DNA of 64,000 nt from Psammoneis japonica (GCA_008632985.1 QPGO01000054.1:281050-345049), one strand, 5' to 3'. Numbered from the stretch's first letter, positions 33,736-47,030 are shown. The notes: generated from the sequence alone by a model not told the origin. Program-made: numbers and translations.

Positions 33736-34302
33736 ATGGCAAAGATCCACGGTACGTCGGCAACAGGAGGAAAGGTATGCGATTGTGCGATTCAGCTGCG
33801 CCCACTGACCTTGTATCGCTTATTTTATTCATATTCAGAAAACCCAGAAACCATTGAGGAGCTGAAGGAATCTGTAAGTTGGTTGCTTTCTCTTCCCGTT
33901 GTTACCCTCTGCTTTACAATTCACGTTTTTGTTTGTGTATGCATACAGAAACCAAAGTTCATATTGGATACGTTCAAGCCAAGAAAGTCCCGTCGATACA
34001 AAAAGGGGATTGTTGGTGATGATGATGTTTGGGTCGAACGCATTTGTACGATGAAAAGTGGCAAGCAGTGGCATTACTTTCGTTCCGTCAAGACGGATGT
34101 TTGCTATTGGAACGAACCGCCGTCGGGTGCCAGCCACGTTGTCCTTCTCTCTGAAGTAGAACAGCATCCGTCCTTGGAGGAGTTTGCCACCGAGCATATT
34201 GATACCATGTTGTGTGAAGTCAAGAGGCATAGACTAAGCAAAGAGGAAAAGAAGATGGCTCATAAGGCAAAGAAGGAAGCACGGAGGAATCAGAGCTCAT
34301 GA
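33736..34302 (+). CDS. Small hypothetical protein, probably 3 exons, with a WW-like motif
   Basis: GT..AG introns at ~33774-33838 and ~33873-33948; WVER..KSGK..YFRSVKT...WNEPPSGA. Confidence 0.55.
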   Translation: MAKIHGTSATGGKVCDCAIQLRPLTLYRLFYSYSENPETIEELKESVSWLLSLPVVTLCFTIHVFVCVCIQKPKFILDTFKPRKSRRYKKGIVGDDDVWVERICTMKSGKQWHYFRSVKTDVCYWNEPPSGASHVVLLSEVEQHPSLEEFATEHIDTMLCEVKRHRLSKEEKKMAHKAKKEARRNQSS

Positions 34303-34876
34303 TCCACGTCTCTTGTTAGTGTTAGCTAGTAGATGCACTGCTATAGATGAATAGCTACGGTTTCATCATCTCTTGAGCGCCTACGTTACATTGGACGAAT
34401 TGGCTAGACGAGTTAGTGTTGCGACTTGTCATTTCTTAACGTTAGAAATCTACCGCAGGGTTGAGCTGCTGCCTATCGGAACGAATAGTCAACATGTTGG
34501 CTGTAGTCTTCCTTTTGTGATCCACCATTCCAAGCTCTTGCTCTCTCCTAGACTAATGGCACCGCACGGTACGCTTGACGGATGCTTCAACAGCTTCTCT
34601 CTACTCTCGCTCTTGTACTCTACTCTTGCGAGTGTGGAGTAGAGGTCCGTCCTCTAGTTTTTCTCAGTTCGAGTTCACTGTATCTATCCTTAGAGGTCCA
34701 GCGATGGACAGACGGACGATCTTTTTCTACTGAAAAAGTATACCACTCTGATACATACGTGATTGTCGTACTGAAACACCGTAGCTTTCCCGCCACGAGT
34801 TTTCACTCATCACACACATCAGACATCTGCCATCAGCAACAACATACCGCAACAGCATAGGCATATCCCGTCGACC

Positions 34877-37800
34877 ATGATGGTGTTAAGGCTACACCGA
34901 TACCAGATTTTACTATGTTTAGGGCTTCTGATTCCCTGTAGCGTTGGATTTGTGTGTGTCCCTTCGTTTCGTGTCCGCAACAGACCGGCATCACAGCAAC
35001 TCTTTACATCTCTCACAGTTCCACCTCCCGATGCGCATATTCGAGACGACAACGACGACGACCCTGACAAGAATGTTTCACTGAAAGTTCCTAGAAGAAG
35101 AAGAAGAAGACATAAGAAAAGCGTTCCAGTCAGTCATCAATTCCGAAATCACTTGGCGCGCATATCAAAGTCTCTTGGGGGTACTCGCGAATGCGCGGAC
35201 GTTATGTATGATGAGTTGGAAAAGATGGAGGTGCGATGGTATGGAGGAGAAATGAGTGAACATCCCCGCTGCGTTTATGAATCGTTCCGTCCTTACAATG
35301 GACCATCAATTCAACCAGATGCTTGGTGTTATGCCATGGTTGCAAATGCCTATGTAAAGTCGGGACGAGGGGTTGAGGTGGCAGAACTTGCGGAAGATGT
35401 CTTGAGACGATGCGAATCACATCAAACCCATGACAAGTACGCAGAGAAACCCAATACTGTTCTTCGTACTGCCGTTATGAATGCCTGGGCCAGAGCGGAT
35501 CGGTGGGATCAAGCTGATGAATATTTGAGACAAATGGAAGACACATATGATGTTAGCCGCGAAGACGATGACGCACCCGACACAATCACTTACACAGTTT
35601 ATCTTGAAGCTCTATCTGCATCCAAGTCTCAGAAAAGTAAAGTTATTGCTAAGAAAGCAATTGAAATGTTGGAGCGCATGGATAAAATGGCTGACACGGG
35701 CGAAAATGAATTTGCTGCTCCCAACGCGTACACTTACACGGCCGTCATGAAGTGCCAAAAAAACACCGTAGAAGGTGCTCAAGTGGCGGAAGATCTACTG
35801 CGTAGACTGAGAGATCTTTATAATGAGTCGGGTGACCCCTCATACAAGCCATCTGCGCATACCTACATGCCAGCAATGATTGCATGGGCTAGAAGCGGAG
35901 GTGGGATCGAGGCGGCGAACCGGGCGGACGCGCTCAAGGAGGAGCTCCGGGAAATGTATAAAGAAACCGGAGACAGGGACTTTCTTCCTTTGGAAAGTCA
36001 CTACACTGCCGTCATGTCGGCGTATTCTCGAGTCAAAGTACCAGAAAGAAGCGAAGCGGCAAAGAAGGTTGGCGAGATCCTAAAGCAAATTGAAGCCGAT
36101 CCCGACGTCAAGCCGACAAATTTTTGCTACTCGACTGGTGAGTTCATTGTACTATTATACGCTCCTTTGCTAAAATCGCAGATACTTTGGAAATTCACAC
36201 ATTGCTTTCGACATGAAAATAAAAGCTATGAAGGTCATTGCGCAAGGCGGAGATATTTCAGACGTAATTGATTCTGAAGAAATCATGCGACGGATTCAAA
36301 ATCCTGATACTGCCCATTCCTGTAAGACAAGATTCTGTGACGCCCCAAGTGGAAATACGTATAGTTTGGTTCTTGCTGTTAACGCTTGTCTCGCTGTCTT
36401 TGTTTGCTCCATTGCAGTGATAAAGGCCTACGCAACAGCGGGAAACGCCGAAGGGGCCGAGAAGGTGATCAATGAAATGGAGAAAACCGGAATTGATGGC
36501 AGGATTGAACGTCGTGCAGATATGGTGATGTATGCGGCATGTATCCATGCGTGGGTCAAGTCGTTCAGAAACACAAAGGATCCTGAGGCAGTGGAGAGAG
36601 CCGATGCGTTGCTTCGTAGAATCGTAAGCTTGCACCGTGATGACTTGGTGCGCGAGCAGGAAGAAAGAGTAGATGCGACTGTATTTTCTCGAGTCATACA
36701 GTTATGGGCAGAAAGTCATCACCCTGAAGCAGGCGAAAGAGCCGAGCAGATTCTTTCCCTGATTGAGGAAATGCGAGACATGACTGCCGATGGTGAGGCA
36801 ACGTACGGGATTTCCAATTACGCTTACACATATGTGCTAGATGCATGGGCTGCAAGCAAGCACAAAGATGCTGCAAATCGTGCTTTGGACATTCTAAAAA
36901 GAATGGATCAAGACGATACGGTTGAAACGGATTGTCGTGCGATTTCTGCGGCATTGTCTGCGCTATTGAAGGCGAAAATTCCGAACCGTGCAGAAATTTT
37001 GGAAGGACTGTTGCTAAGGATGCTCACACTGTACTCTGACGGAGACCGAAGCTCTTTACCGAATGCTCGATTCTACACCAGTGTTCTTAGAGCGATTGTT
37101 CAGGACGACTCGCCGGACTCTGATTTACAAGCGCTGGGGCTATTTCGACGCATTCGAGACATGTATGACGGTAGTCAAGAGGAAGACCTGGCACCAAACG
37201 ACATTTCATACGGATGTGTGTTGAACGGGTTGGCCAAGAAAGGAAGAGTTGATGAGACCGAGAAGCTTTTCTCAGAAATGAAACGGCGTTACGCGGACGG
37301 ACACGAGATGGAACGACCGAACCTTGTCACATATTCCACCGTCGTAGAAGCATACAGAAACAACGCGCGCGGCGATTCCCCACTTCGCACTGCAGCTCTT
37401 CTCGAAGAGGTCGAAGAAGGCTATAGGTCGGGTGATGCTGGGCTAAAGCCAGACACTCAGTTCTTCAATTCTGTCATACGGGCACTCGCAAGCGGGGCTT
37501 TTAAGGACCCAAGAGTTGTTGTGAAGGCCGAGAATGTACTGAAGAGAATGGAGATGTCAGAAACCGGTGACCTCGTCGTTAAGCCAGATATCATATCTTA
37601 CTCGAGTGTCTGTTTGGCATACGCCAATGGCAATACCACTGATGCAGCCGACAAAGCAGCAGAGATTCTCGCAAAGGTTGAGTCGCTCTCTCAACGTGGC
37701 GACTTGAACCGCCCTGACATGCGTTTCTACGCAACTGTAATTCTTGCGTATTCAAAAGACAGGAAAGTACAATCCCAAATCAAGGCAGAAGCATTGTTTA

Positions 37801-38465
37801 ACAGTACCGAGAGTCTTTACAAGTCAGGAAGATCTGACCTGAAACCAAATAGTCGCATCATGAACACTATGATTGCTGGCTGGGCAAAATGCAACTCGAA
37901 ACAAAAAGTCCGGAAAGCTCAAGCCGTTCTAGATCGAATGACGTCCCTCTATGAATCTGGCAATACTGATGCCCAACCGAACACCGATTCTTATAACTGG
38001 GTGAGTTTACATGGTTTCTTGCCATGCCGACCGCAGCACATTCATTATCGCTAACGTGCTCTTTGAGCTGCTTCTCGTAAAATCCTATAGGTGATTCAAG
38101 CAGCTGCTCAATCGAAAGGGAATCAAGATCTCGACAGGCTGCAATATTTTCAGATTGCAGTGAACAATTTTAAGATTGTGCACAGCAATGAGAACGATTT
38201 ACAGCCGAGTGCGACCACGTACATTTATTTTCTCAAAGCATGCAGATCTCTCCTTCGAAAAGGCGAGATAAGTGACAAGCTTCTGCAGAATCTCTTTTCT
38301 CTTGCTACCCAGAACGGTCTCGTCTCTGACTCCCTCTTTAAACAAATGAAAAGGGTCAATCCATCAATCATCGAAACGGCCCTAAAGGCTGAAGGCCTTG
38401 AGTTTGACAGACGCTTGACGCCTGCAGAGCTTCCCAAGAGCTGGAGACGGAAGCTTCATCGATAA
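34877..38465 (+). CDS. Pentatricopeptide-repeat (PPR-like) protein with an N-terminal signal/plastid-targeting sequence; ~4 exons
   Basis: Repeated P(D/N)..(T/S)Y..V..AWA.S...A..A..LL..M units; introns near 36138, 36321 and 38001. Confidence 0.88.
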
Positions 38466-38552
38466 ATCTGGCATCTTTCGCTCTATGGATTGCAACCCGT
38501 AGAATACACGAGAGAGGGGAACTGTAAAACAATTATGATTACTCATCGTTGT

Positions 38553-39761
38553 CTATAGATTACTCTTTTGCAATGGAGGTGGGTGCCGTTTAATGATTTC
38601 TTCGGCCATTTGGACAATTGTTGGGAGCAACGAAGCTACGCGATTGGCCGACGCGCTGCTCGCGACTCCATCCTTTGCTCTTTGTGCAACACCCTGAACA
38701 ATCACAGCATTCTTGAAAAATAAAAAGGCCAAGTAGAAGCCACTCCAATCGATTGCTACCTCCTTTGGTATTCCAGCATTATATTCACAATACATTTTCA
38801 TCAGCTCTTGGCGGGTTGGGATTCCGGTCCCTCTCAAATCCATACCGCCAATACCTGCAACACCCACGCCCTTCTCCGATCCGGGCATGTAGTACATCAT
38901 TTGGAGGTTGGCAACATCGCAAAGAGGATCTCCGATTGTACTTAATTCCCAATCGAGGACGGCAATGACCTTTGGCTCGGTTGGGTGAAAGACTAGGTTG
39001 TCCACTTTGAAGTCCCCGTGAAGAAGTGTGCTTTGATTTGGACAGTACGAGGCAGCATGCTGGAGAGTATGAGCAATGTCCTCGAGTTCCGGAAAGGGTG
39101 TACCCGACAGCTGTGATTGTTTCTTGCTGACCGTCATGAGACGATTTATTTGGCGCTCCACATAACGTCCTCGCCTACCATAGTTTTCCAGGCCCACCTC
39201 GTTTGGTTTTACAGCATGCAGATTTGCAAGAGTCGTCAAGACATTCCGATACGCCTCGCTTCGTTCAGAAGACGACATTCCTGGCAGTGACGGGTCTGTA
39301 AAGATTCGGCCTTGCACGTATTGCATGAGGTAAAACTCAGACCCCAGTACTTCTTTTTCGCGACAGTACGCGATGGGAGTAGGAACAGGCACACGTTTGT
39401 CATGGTGAAGCTGATTGTGCCGATCAAGCGATTGCAACACTCGAAACTCCCGATGCAAGGCATGAGCTGATGCGTGGGCCACTTTTTGCGGCTTTTTCCT
39501 CAGCACCATGCGCAAGGGTTGAGAGTCTGTTGATTGTGCACAATCGATAATTACGAGATACGTCGGGTTTGATTGACCAAACCCAAACTGGCGAACTAGA
39601 ATGTGTTCCTCAGTCAACTTCCCGACACTACCGTCAGTCAAGGAATAATTAGAAAGAAGAGATTGTACGTTGGGCTGCGATCTCATCCATTCTGCTAAGC
39701 TAGCCACGTTCAGGGACTGACGAACAACAGTCGTAGCCTGGCCATTGTCTCCCCCCTCCAT
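38553..39761 (-). CDS. APH/phosphotransferase-like protein (ACAD10/11 N-terminal kinase-like domain), possible PTS1-like SNL end
   Basis: QFGFGQSNPTY, LRKKP..AHALHREFRV, LLHGDFKVDNL, VLDWELSTIGDPLCD. Confidence 0.9.
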   Translation of the reverse strand: MEGGDNGQATTVVRQSLNVASLAEWMRSQPNVQSLLSNYSLTDGSVGKLTEEHILVRQFGFGQSNPTYLVIIDCAQSTDSQPLRMVLRKKPQKVAHASAHALHREFRVLQSLDRHNQLHHDKRVPVPTPIAYCREKEVLGSEFYLMQYVQGRIFTDPSLPGMSSSERSEAYRNVLTTLANLHAVKPNEVGLENYGRRGRYVERQINRLMTVSKKQSQLSGTPFPELEDIAHTLQHAASYCPNQSTLLHGDFKVDNLVFHPTEPKVIAVLDWELSTIGDPLCDVANLQMMYYMPGSEKGVGVAGIGGMDLRGTGIPTRQELMKMYCEYNAGIPKEVAIDWSGFYLAFLFFKNAVIVQGVAQRAKDGVASSASANRVASLLPTIVQMAEEIIKRHPPPLQKSNL

Positions 39762-40191
39762 TCTGCCGGCAGCGCTATTACCCTCCCTGAAACAGTCGGT
39801 AGTCACGTGAGGAGTAAAATGAGGACACGGAGAAACGTGGAACAGGGCAACTGACGTCTCTCACGCCATTGTGGCCATTGTCTTCAACCTTCAAATTGCA
39901 CAGAGCACAGACGATAAGGATGATGCTTCCGCCCGCGCCGCCCGGGTTAAATCTCGCACAGCGCACGGACGAGTCCACGATTCAAACGCGAACAACTCCT
40001 AAAGGAACAAAGACCACGATTCAAACGCGAACAACTCGTACTAAGAAGTAAGATTCAGCAAGATTCGATGTTCCGCTCGAAAGCGTTGCGTGGGTTGTCA
40101 ACAACCAGAGGTCAACAATGCCCTGAGACGAGAGAGAATAAAGAGAAGATCGTACCATCTAGTAGAGACTACTACATCGGTTATTTGCTGA

Positions 40192-40841
40192 ATGGTACGC
40201 AGAAGAATTGTTTCTGCCCCTCTCATGAACAGAACGTGCAAAGTAGTGGCATCAAACAATGAGAATGCCAGCGGCACTGAGAAAGGGGCACTTTGCTTTC
40301 CCAAAGTAGGGAACAAAACAAACAAGATATCTGCTGCAAGAAAAGCCTCTAGTGACATGCCCGAACGGGACTCTTTAGCCAACACAAGGTCAAATGACGC
40401 CTCGATGGGTGACGAGGAAGAATGGTTCGAAATGTCAGACAACAGCTCCTCTGGATCCTCAAGACGAGTCAAATTTGACAGCGTAACAATACGGGAATTC
40501 CCACACGTTCTTGGGGATAATCCGTCTTGCCTTGGACCCCCGCTTGCAATGTCTCGCACCTGTATCTCGTGCGAAGAACGAAACATTGACGAGTACGAAT
40601 CTAGTCGTCGTGGACGCCGACGGCCGAGTAAAGATCTAACAGCCTTACGTACATGCAGAGGTGGGATCTGTTTGAAAAGGTGTATGGATACAGTTCCAAA
40701 GCAATATCCAATGCCGAGGATGAAGCCAGCAAGGTTCAGAAGCAGCGGGAATCAACCAAGAAATGGCTTTTCCTGGCGAAAGTAGAGGAAGCGTCCGAAT
40801 CTCTTGTCCGCAAGTTCAAACGGCGATTTAGGCGGAGGTAG
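40192..40841 (+). CDS. Diatom-type hypothetical protein; apparent frameshift near 40655
   Basis: RRVKFDSVTIREFPHVLGDNPSC.GPPL motif, IDEYE..R, continued in another frame as RWDLFEKVYGYS. Confidence 0.6.
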
Positions 40842-41326
40842 TTGGATTGTGTTGCTCTGCACAACTTATGGCAGAGTCATGTATGAATACAAGCTACCTG
40901 GCAGGTGAATGTTGAACGCCAACCTACCTACAATGCCGGGAGGTGAATACACGAGAGAATGACAAATGCATCCAGCTGCTCGCATTTACGCAAGCTTCCT
41001 CGACTCTTTTTGCTCAACCGCCTTAAATGAGATTGACATTAGAAACGAACCTTCAGAAAATCTGGTAGTAGATATTGCAGGTCATGCAGGGCACTCAGAA
41101 AGATTTTAGGCAACATTGGCACCATGCACGCCGCAACAAATACAAAACTCGCTGCTAGCCTCCCACATACCCATGAAGAGAAACAAACGGAAGGCCCTGA
41201 TTGGCAGGTGGCACTTCGCACCACGGTAGACAGAGCTGCATCTCTTGTACATACAGTACGTACTTCGTTCGCCTTCGTGTCGCCATCTTCTTTCCCTTTC
41301 TCGTCTTCGCACACTTAGACAAGGGC

Positions 41327-41909
41327 CTATACATAGTATTTCGTAGCAATCTTGGTTATGACTGCCTTCTCTAGGGAGGACATTTCAATTTCTTCCTTTG
41401 TAAGCTTGTACCATTTGATGAAAAGCAGTGTTTGCTCCTCGGTTGCCTTCAATGGAAAGCACGTGAGAGGCTCAGGGCCTTCTAAATTTAGCTTTGCTGC
41501 TGAGAAAGGAATTCTTCCTTTGTGCAATCCAACCCCACCGCTAGAATCCTGGCATCTTGCTGATTTCCAGGCTCGTGTACATCTCCGTCTTTTGTTTCCC
41601 CGAAAGCATAATCTCGCATCACATGACCTGCGTGAGTGCTACCTGAAGACCCAAGCACGACATCCCATGCACTCGCTTGTGTTTGCCGTTCCTTTCGTTT
41701 CAGCAGAGCCATGTTGGCGGCGGCAGCAAGCTGATCAAGAGAAACGATGCGTCGTGCGTCAACAAAAGCAAAAGTAGAATTGTCGTCTTGGCTTCGGACC
41801 TTGCGTGCCACCTCATATGGATCAGATGCCTTGTACAGGGCGACCCATAAGCGGGTATTCGGATGCAAGGCCAAATGCAAGCAACGGCATGTTCATGATT
41901 GTCGTTCAT
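41327..41909 (-). CDS. CGI121: CGI-121/TPRKB subunit of KEOPS (t6A synthesis); apparent 1-bp frameshifts near 41500 and 41880
   Basis: AFVDARRIVSLDQLAAAANMA, ILAVGL, C-terminal IKWYKLTKEEIEMSSLEKAVITKIATK. Confidence 0.7.
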
Positions 41910-42059
41910 TTTCGGTAAGCAGTTTGGCTTTTGAGTTGCGGTTGTTTTTTGGTTTGGTTTGGTTTGGTTTGGAGCGAGAGGCGGCGGCTGCGTGAGCTGT
42001 GAGAGCTGTGTCGTGTGGGGGTGAGCCACACCGGTAGGACTACACGCAGTCGCAAAAAA

Positions 42060-43050
42060 TGGGGCGACGAGGAGTTGGGACTGTGCGAAGCAAGCGCATG
42101 TGGAGAGGTGATTGGGGGCGGGCAGATGAGTGGCAGGAAGAGCAAAATCGCCTTGCCAAGCTGCGCTTCCAGCAGGGGTGACGTTGTTGGCTTGGGCAGG
42201 AAGGTCAGAGGGTGGTGTTTGGCAGACCGCAAAAGAAGAGGAGGAGGAGAGCTGGAGAAATCAGATGAGTCAATCTGGGGAAGCTCGGGAGGGGGCAGGA
42301 TGGAGGAGGACGAGACTTGAGAGCTTCTGAAGAAGAAGATGTGAAAGTGGAGCACCTGACACCACTGCCCAAAGTGGCCAGGCCAGTGGCCAAAGGAAGG
42401 AGGAGAAAGAGCCCAGTTTGGCCAGAGGTGCAGCAACAATGGAGGAGCCATTTGCGAAGGGTGTGTTGCAGCCAAGGAGCTTGTCCTGAGCACTGCTGAG
42501 GTGAGCTTCAGCAAGGAGGTTGCCAGGGGCAGGCAAGCCAGATGCATGGATGAGCTGCCACACACCAACATTGGTGGGACATTTTGAGGGGCAGCCAAGG
42601 AGGACAAGGTGCCCACCAGCTCAAGTGGAGTGTGACATTGGGAGTTGCCAAGGCCAGCAAGAGGACCAAGGGCAGCGACAATGTGGTGCAGACAGTGCTT
42701 GAAATGTAACTTGACAGGGGGGGGGGGGGGGGGCTTGAGCACTTTTCAAGACAAGAAGGCCTGACCCCAAAAGAAGGGTCAAGGGTGTGGTGGCCACATG
42801 GCAAGGCAGCGCATTGGAAATCCAGAGGGAAAACTGTCAGGCAAGGCTTGCAGAAGAAGAGGAGGGCAAGCCAGGAGGAGGACAGGTGGTTGGACACTGG
42901 CAGGCTTGGGAGAGGGAATGAAGACAGAAGCTGGTGAACAGGGAGAGCAAGGAGGGGGGGGGGGGGGGCTTGTTGAAGGTTGCAGTGGCAGAGAAAGAAA
43001 GGGGCAGGGTGTCTTGTTTGTGTGGTGGTGACAGAGGCATCTGCTGCACA
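42060..43050 (-). mobile_element. 3' part (zinc knuckle and restriction-like endonuclease) of a degenerate CRE/R2-type non-LTR retrotransposon
   Basis: QC..PCGHHTLDPSFG; PSKCPTNVGV at ~42560-42590 reverts to KRPADV by three CpG transitions; same strand and composition as the RT part at 48.7-50.5 kb. Confidence 0.55.
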
Positions 43051-44699
43051 TCTCTGTTCTTCTTTGCAAGAAGATCAATCATCAAGAAACAAATGTTTTG
43101 CACCTGTGAAGATTGTTGTGCACTTCACAAAAAAAGCAGCACTCTTCACAAAAGTTGCTTTTTTTCAAAAATCAGCCCAGGTGCTGTTTGCTCTAATTGT
43201 GATTCTGAACAATGTTTTGACACACTGGTTTGTTTTCGCCACCACAAGTGTGGCATTGCCAAAGTCATCATCAATGTTGATGATTGATTTTCCAACAGCC
43301 ACAGACTTGCAATGTTTTGTTTGTGGCAGCATCTTGCTCAGATTCTTGTGTTTTTTGGAGAGCTTTGGCTCAGAGTTGCCCATTGCATTTTTTTCGGTGT
43401 TTCTGCTGCACTTGTCTTTTTGTTGCATCAGGCAGCACCACACAACTCAGCTGCTGGTTTGCTGGTGTTTTTGCATGACAAAGGTGCACCCCTGTCACAA
43501 TCCACTGAAAAAACTCTCCTTTCAAAACAAACTTCTCATTGGACCACACCCTTTTGTGACAGACAATGCAGCCACAACAAGCTTGATTTTTTTCCTTCCA
43601 CCCAATGTGTCAGTTTGCACTTGAGAGCCCAATTCACAACATCAAGCAGTCCTTGCAACAGCCACAATTCACACCTTCTGTTGCTGTGAATGCATGTCAA
43701 CTGTCAACTGATTTGACCTTGTCATCATCACATGAAAATTCAAATCAAGTAGGTACAGCATGAGTCAATCTGTGCTTCATGCTCAACACCACTTTGAAGC
43801 CATCAATTGACAACAAATGCACCACAAACACTTTTGGGTCATCATGGACACATGCTGTATTTTTTTTTTTTTGACACCTCTTGTGCACTGTGCTCTGTTT
43901 TAGCTGTGGCAGTGGATTTCTGCCAGTGAACACCAAATTGCATCTCCACTGTGGCATCTGCACAGCAGCTGTTCCTTGCCGCTCTGTGAACACACCAGTT
44001 TTGTCTCTTGCAGAAGACTGCAAAGGGTCATTGGGATGCCATGCTTGCTGAAGTGCCAGTGCCAATTTGCTTGTCAGAGAGAAGGGGAGCATTCTCTGTG
44101 CACCTGACTGCAGGACCTGAAGTGCATGACTGGCAGGTGCAACAACCATGGCTTTGGCAACAGAAAACTTGTTTGACACTGAGACTTTGTGAAAAGGTCA
44201 GCACGGGCAATTGACGCCACATTGCAACAACTGTGTCATTGATCATGAGATCAGCCACGAAATTCACTCAACCATTTGTGACAGAAAAGCTTGACAAAGC
44301 TGCAAGCCTTTAAAAATTGTGTGATGTGTGCAGTCAACAAAGCTCAACCTCACATTTCTGACTTTGTGTCCCAGCCAATCTTCCCATGTTACCTTGTCCA
44401 CAACAGTGGCAGACTTGAACTTTCAAAATCCAGAGTGCCTCATTCAAAGGTTTGTTGCTGATTGCTGAATGGTGGTGGGTGAGTGAAACTTCAAAAAGAA
44501 ATGCACTGGGAATGCCAGAGACATGTGGAGTTGTTGTTTTGCAGTGTGGCAAAATGGAGTGAGGAGGACAGAGAAATTTGTCAGGGCATTCTTGAAACAA
44601 GTTTCTCTTTCTTGAAAGGAGCAAAGAATGGCAACGAATGGGCAAGCCATCTTCCATTTTATCCTGACATCAAGTTCAAGCAAGAGTGGGTCTCATGGG

Positions 44700-47030
44700 G
44701 TGACAAGTGTTGCCTGGCATCCACCAAACATCACCAGTGTCCTCAGCTTGCTGTTGTCAGGTTGGCTGGTGCTGTCATGGGGTCCTTTCACTCTAGAGTT
44801 TGGAAACTCAAGTCTGATCTGTTGGGGACAACAAGACAACATGGGGCCACAACATGACAAGATGATCAACTTTGCAGTGCCCAACCCCGCAGCTCTCATG
44901 AAGTCTTGTCTGGGGTCCACCAGACATCCCCAACAATGCCCCCTCAGCTTGCTTTTGTCAAGTTGGTCAGTGCTCTCATGGGGTTCTTGCACTGCTGAAT
45001 TTGGAAACTCATGTCTGCTGCTGTTGGAGGAGAAGGTGACATGGGGCCACAACCCCACAAGGCCAACCTTGCAGTGCTCAACCACAGTTCTCAAAGTCCC
45101 ACCTGGGACTCACCAGACACTGCCAATCCCTTGGCTTGCTGTTGTCAGGTTGGTTGGCACCACCATGAGGTCCTTTCACTCCAGAGATTGGAGACACACA
45201 AGTGTGCCACCTGCTGTTGTTGGAGACAGCATGACATGGGGCCACAGCACCACAAGATCAACCTTGCAATGCTCAGCCACAGTTCTTGAAGTCTCGCCTG
45301 GTGGGGTGCACCAGATGCCACCAATGCCCTCAGGAGCTTGCTGTTGTCAGGTTCATCATTGGTGCTGTCATGGGGTCCTTTTGCTCTGGGTGGAGTTTGG
45401 AGACTCAAACCTGCTGCTGTTGTCAGGTTGGTTGGTGCTGTTGTGGGGTTCTTCCACTCTTTGCTTTGAGTTTGCAAACTCAAGTCTGCTGCTGTTGGGG
45501 ACAATGTGACATGGGGCCACAATGCCCCCACAAGATCAACCTTGCAACAATCAATCACAGCTTTTAAAGTCTCACTTGGGGTGCACCAGACACCACCAGT
45601 GCCCTGAGCCTCAGCTTGCTGTTTGGTTCCATTGGTGCTTTGTGAGGCTCTTTCACTCTGTGGTTTCGAAACTCAAGTCTGCTGCTGTTGGGAAAAGGTG
45701 AAATGGGGCCACAATGTGCCACCAGATTAGAGCCTTGCAATGCTCAGCCATGATTGTTAAAGTCTCACTGGGGCCCACCAGGCACACTGCCAATGCCCTC
45801 ACCTCTTGCTGCTGTCTCAGGTTGGATGGCACTGCAATGGGGTTCTTGCACTCTGGAGTTTGGAGACTCAAGTGTGCTGCTGTTTGGGACAATGTGACAT
45901 GGAGCCACAGTGTCATGAGATCAACCCTTGCAATGCTCAACCACAGTTCTCAAAGTCTCACCTGGAGTGCACCAGATGCCACCAGCCCAGCATCCTCAGC
46001 TTGCTGTTGCCAGGTTTGTTGATGCCATCATTTGGTCCTTTGACTCTGGAGTTTGGAAGTTCAAGAAGTCTGCTTCTGTTGGGGACAAGGTGACATGGGC
46101 CACAACACAACCACAAGATCAACCTTGGTGCAATGCTCAGCCACAGTTCCCTCAGCTTGCTGTGTCAGGTTTGTTGGTGCCATTGTGGGGTCCTTTCACT
46201 CTGGAGTTTGAGTTTGGAAACTCCAAAAGTTTGCTGCTGTTTTGGGGACAAGGTGACATGGTGCCACAACACCACAAAATCAACAATCAACCTTGCAATG
46301 CTCAACCACAGTTCTTGAAGTCTCACCTGGGTGCACCAGACACCTCCAGTGACCTCAGCTTGCTGTTGTCAGGTTCATCAGTGCCATTGTGGGGTCCTTT
46401 CACTCTGGAGTTTGGAAGTTCAAGTCCATTGCCATTGGAGACAAGGTGACACATGGGGCCACAACACCACAAGATCAACCTTGCAATGCCCAGCTGCAGG
46501 TCTCAAGTGTTGCCTGGGGTCCACCAGATGCAGCCAGCTGCATCCTCAGATTGCAGCTGTTGGGTTGGTTGGCACCACACCAAGTGGTCCTCTGGCTGTG
46601 AAGTTGGAAAGTTCAAGTCTGCTCCCACAGCAGGGGTCACAACAGAGTGATGTGGAGCCACAAAAACATGAGACAGGCCATGCACTGCCAAACTGTGGTT
46701 GTTGCAGCATCGCCTGGGGTCCACCAGAGACTGCCAGTGCCCTCAGCTTGCTGTTGTCACCAGGTTGGTTGGCACCTTCCACCATGGGTTCCTTTCACTC
46801 AGGATTTGGGAGTTTGAAGTTGAGCGTGTGCTTTGCTCAACACTCAACCACAGTTCTCAAAGTGTTGCCTGGGGTCCACCAGAGACCACCAGCACCCTCA
46901 GCCTGTTGTTGTTTGTTGGGTCAGTTGGGGCAACCATGGGGCCACTTCACCATGCAGCTGCAGGAAGCTCAAGATTTCAGCACCAACCTGCTGGGGACAA
47001 GGTGACATGGGGCCACAACAGCACATGACT
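44700..47030. repeat. Degenerate tandem array of ~12 units, mostly ~190-200 bp
   Basis: Anchor cctcagcttgctgttgtcagg or variants recurs at ~44741, 44942, 45130, 45335, 45609, 45800, 45994, 46150, 46353, 46544, 46741, 46896, with recurring ggggtcctttcactctggagtttgg and gtgacatggggccacaac. Confidence 0.9.

Noticed and set aside
24800..41900. Programmed frameshifting in the ankyrin, DUF2499, TraB, 40.2-kb and CGI-121 genes
   Set aside because: Isolated 1-bp indels, some in short homopolymers, with no shared slippery motif. Consensus sequencing error or a defective allele is more parsimonious, and this is also a reason to verify the TpA signal with short reads.
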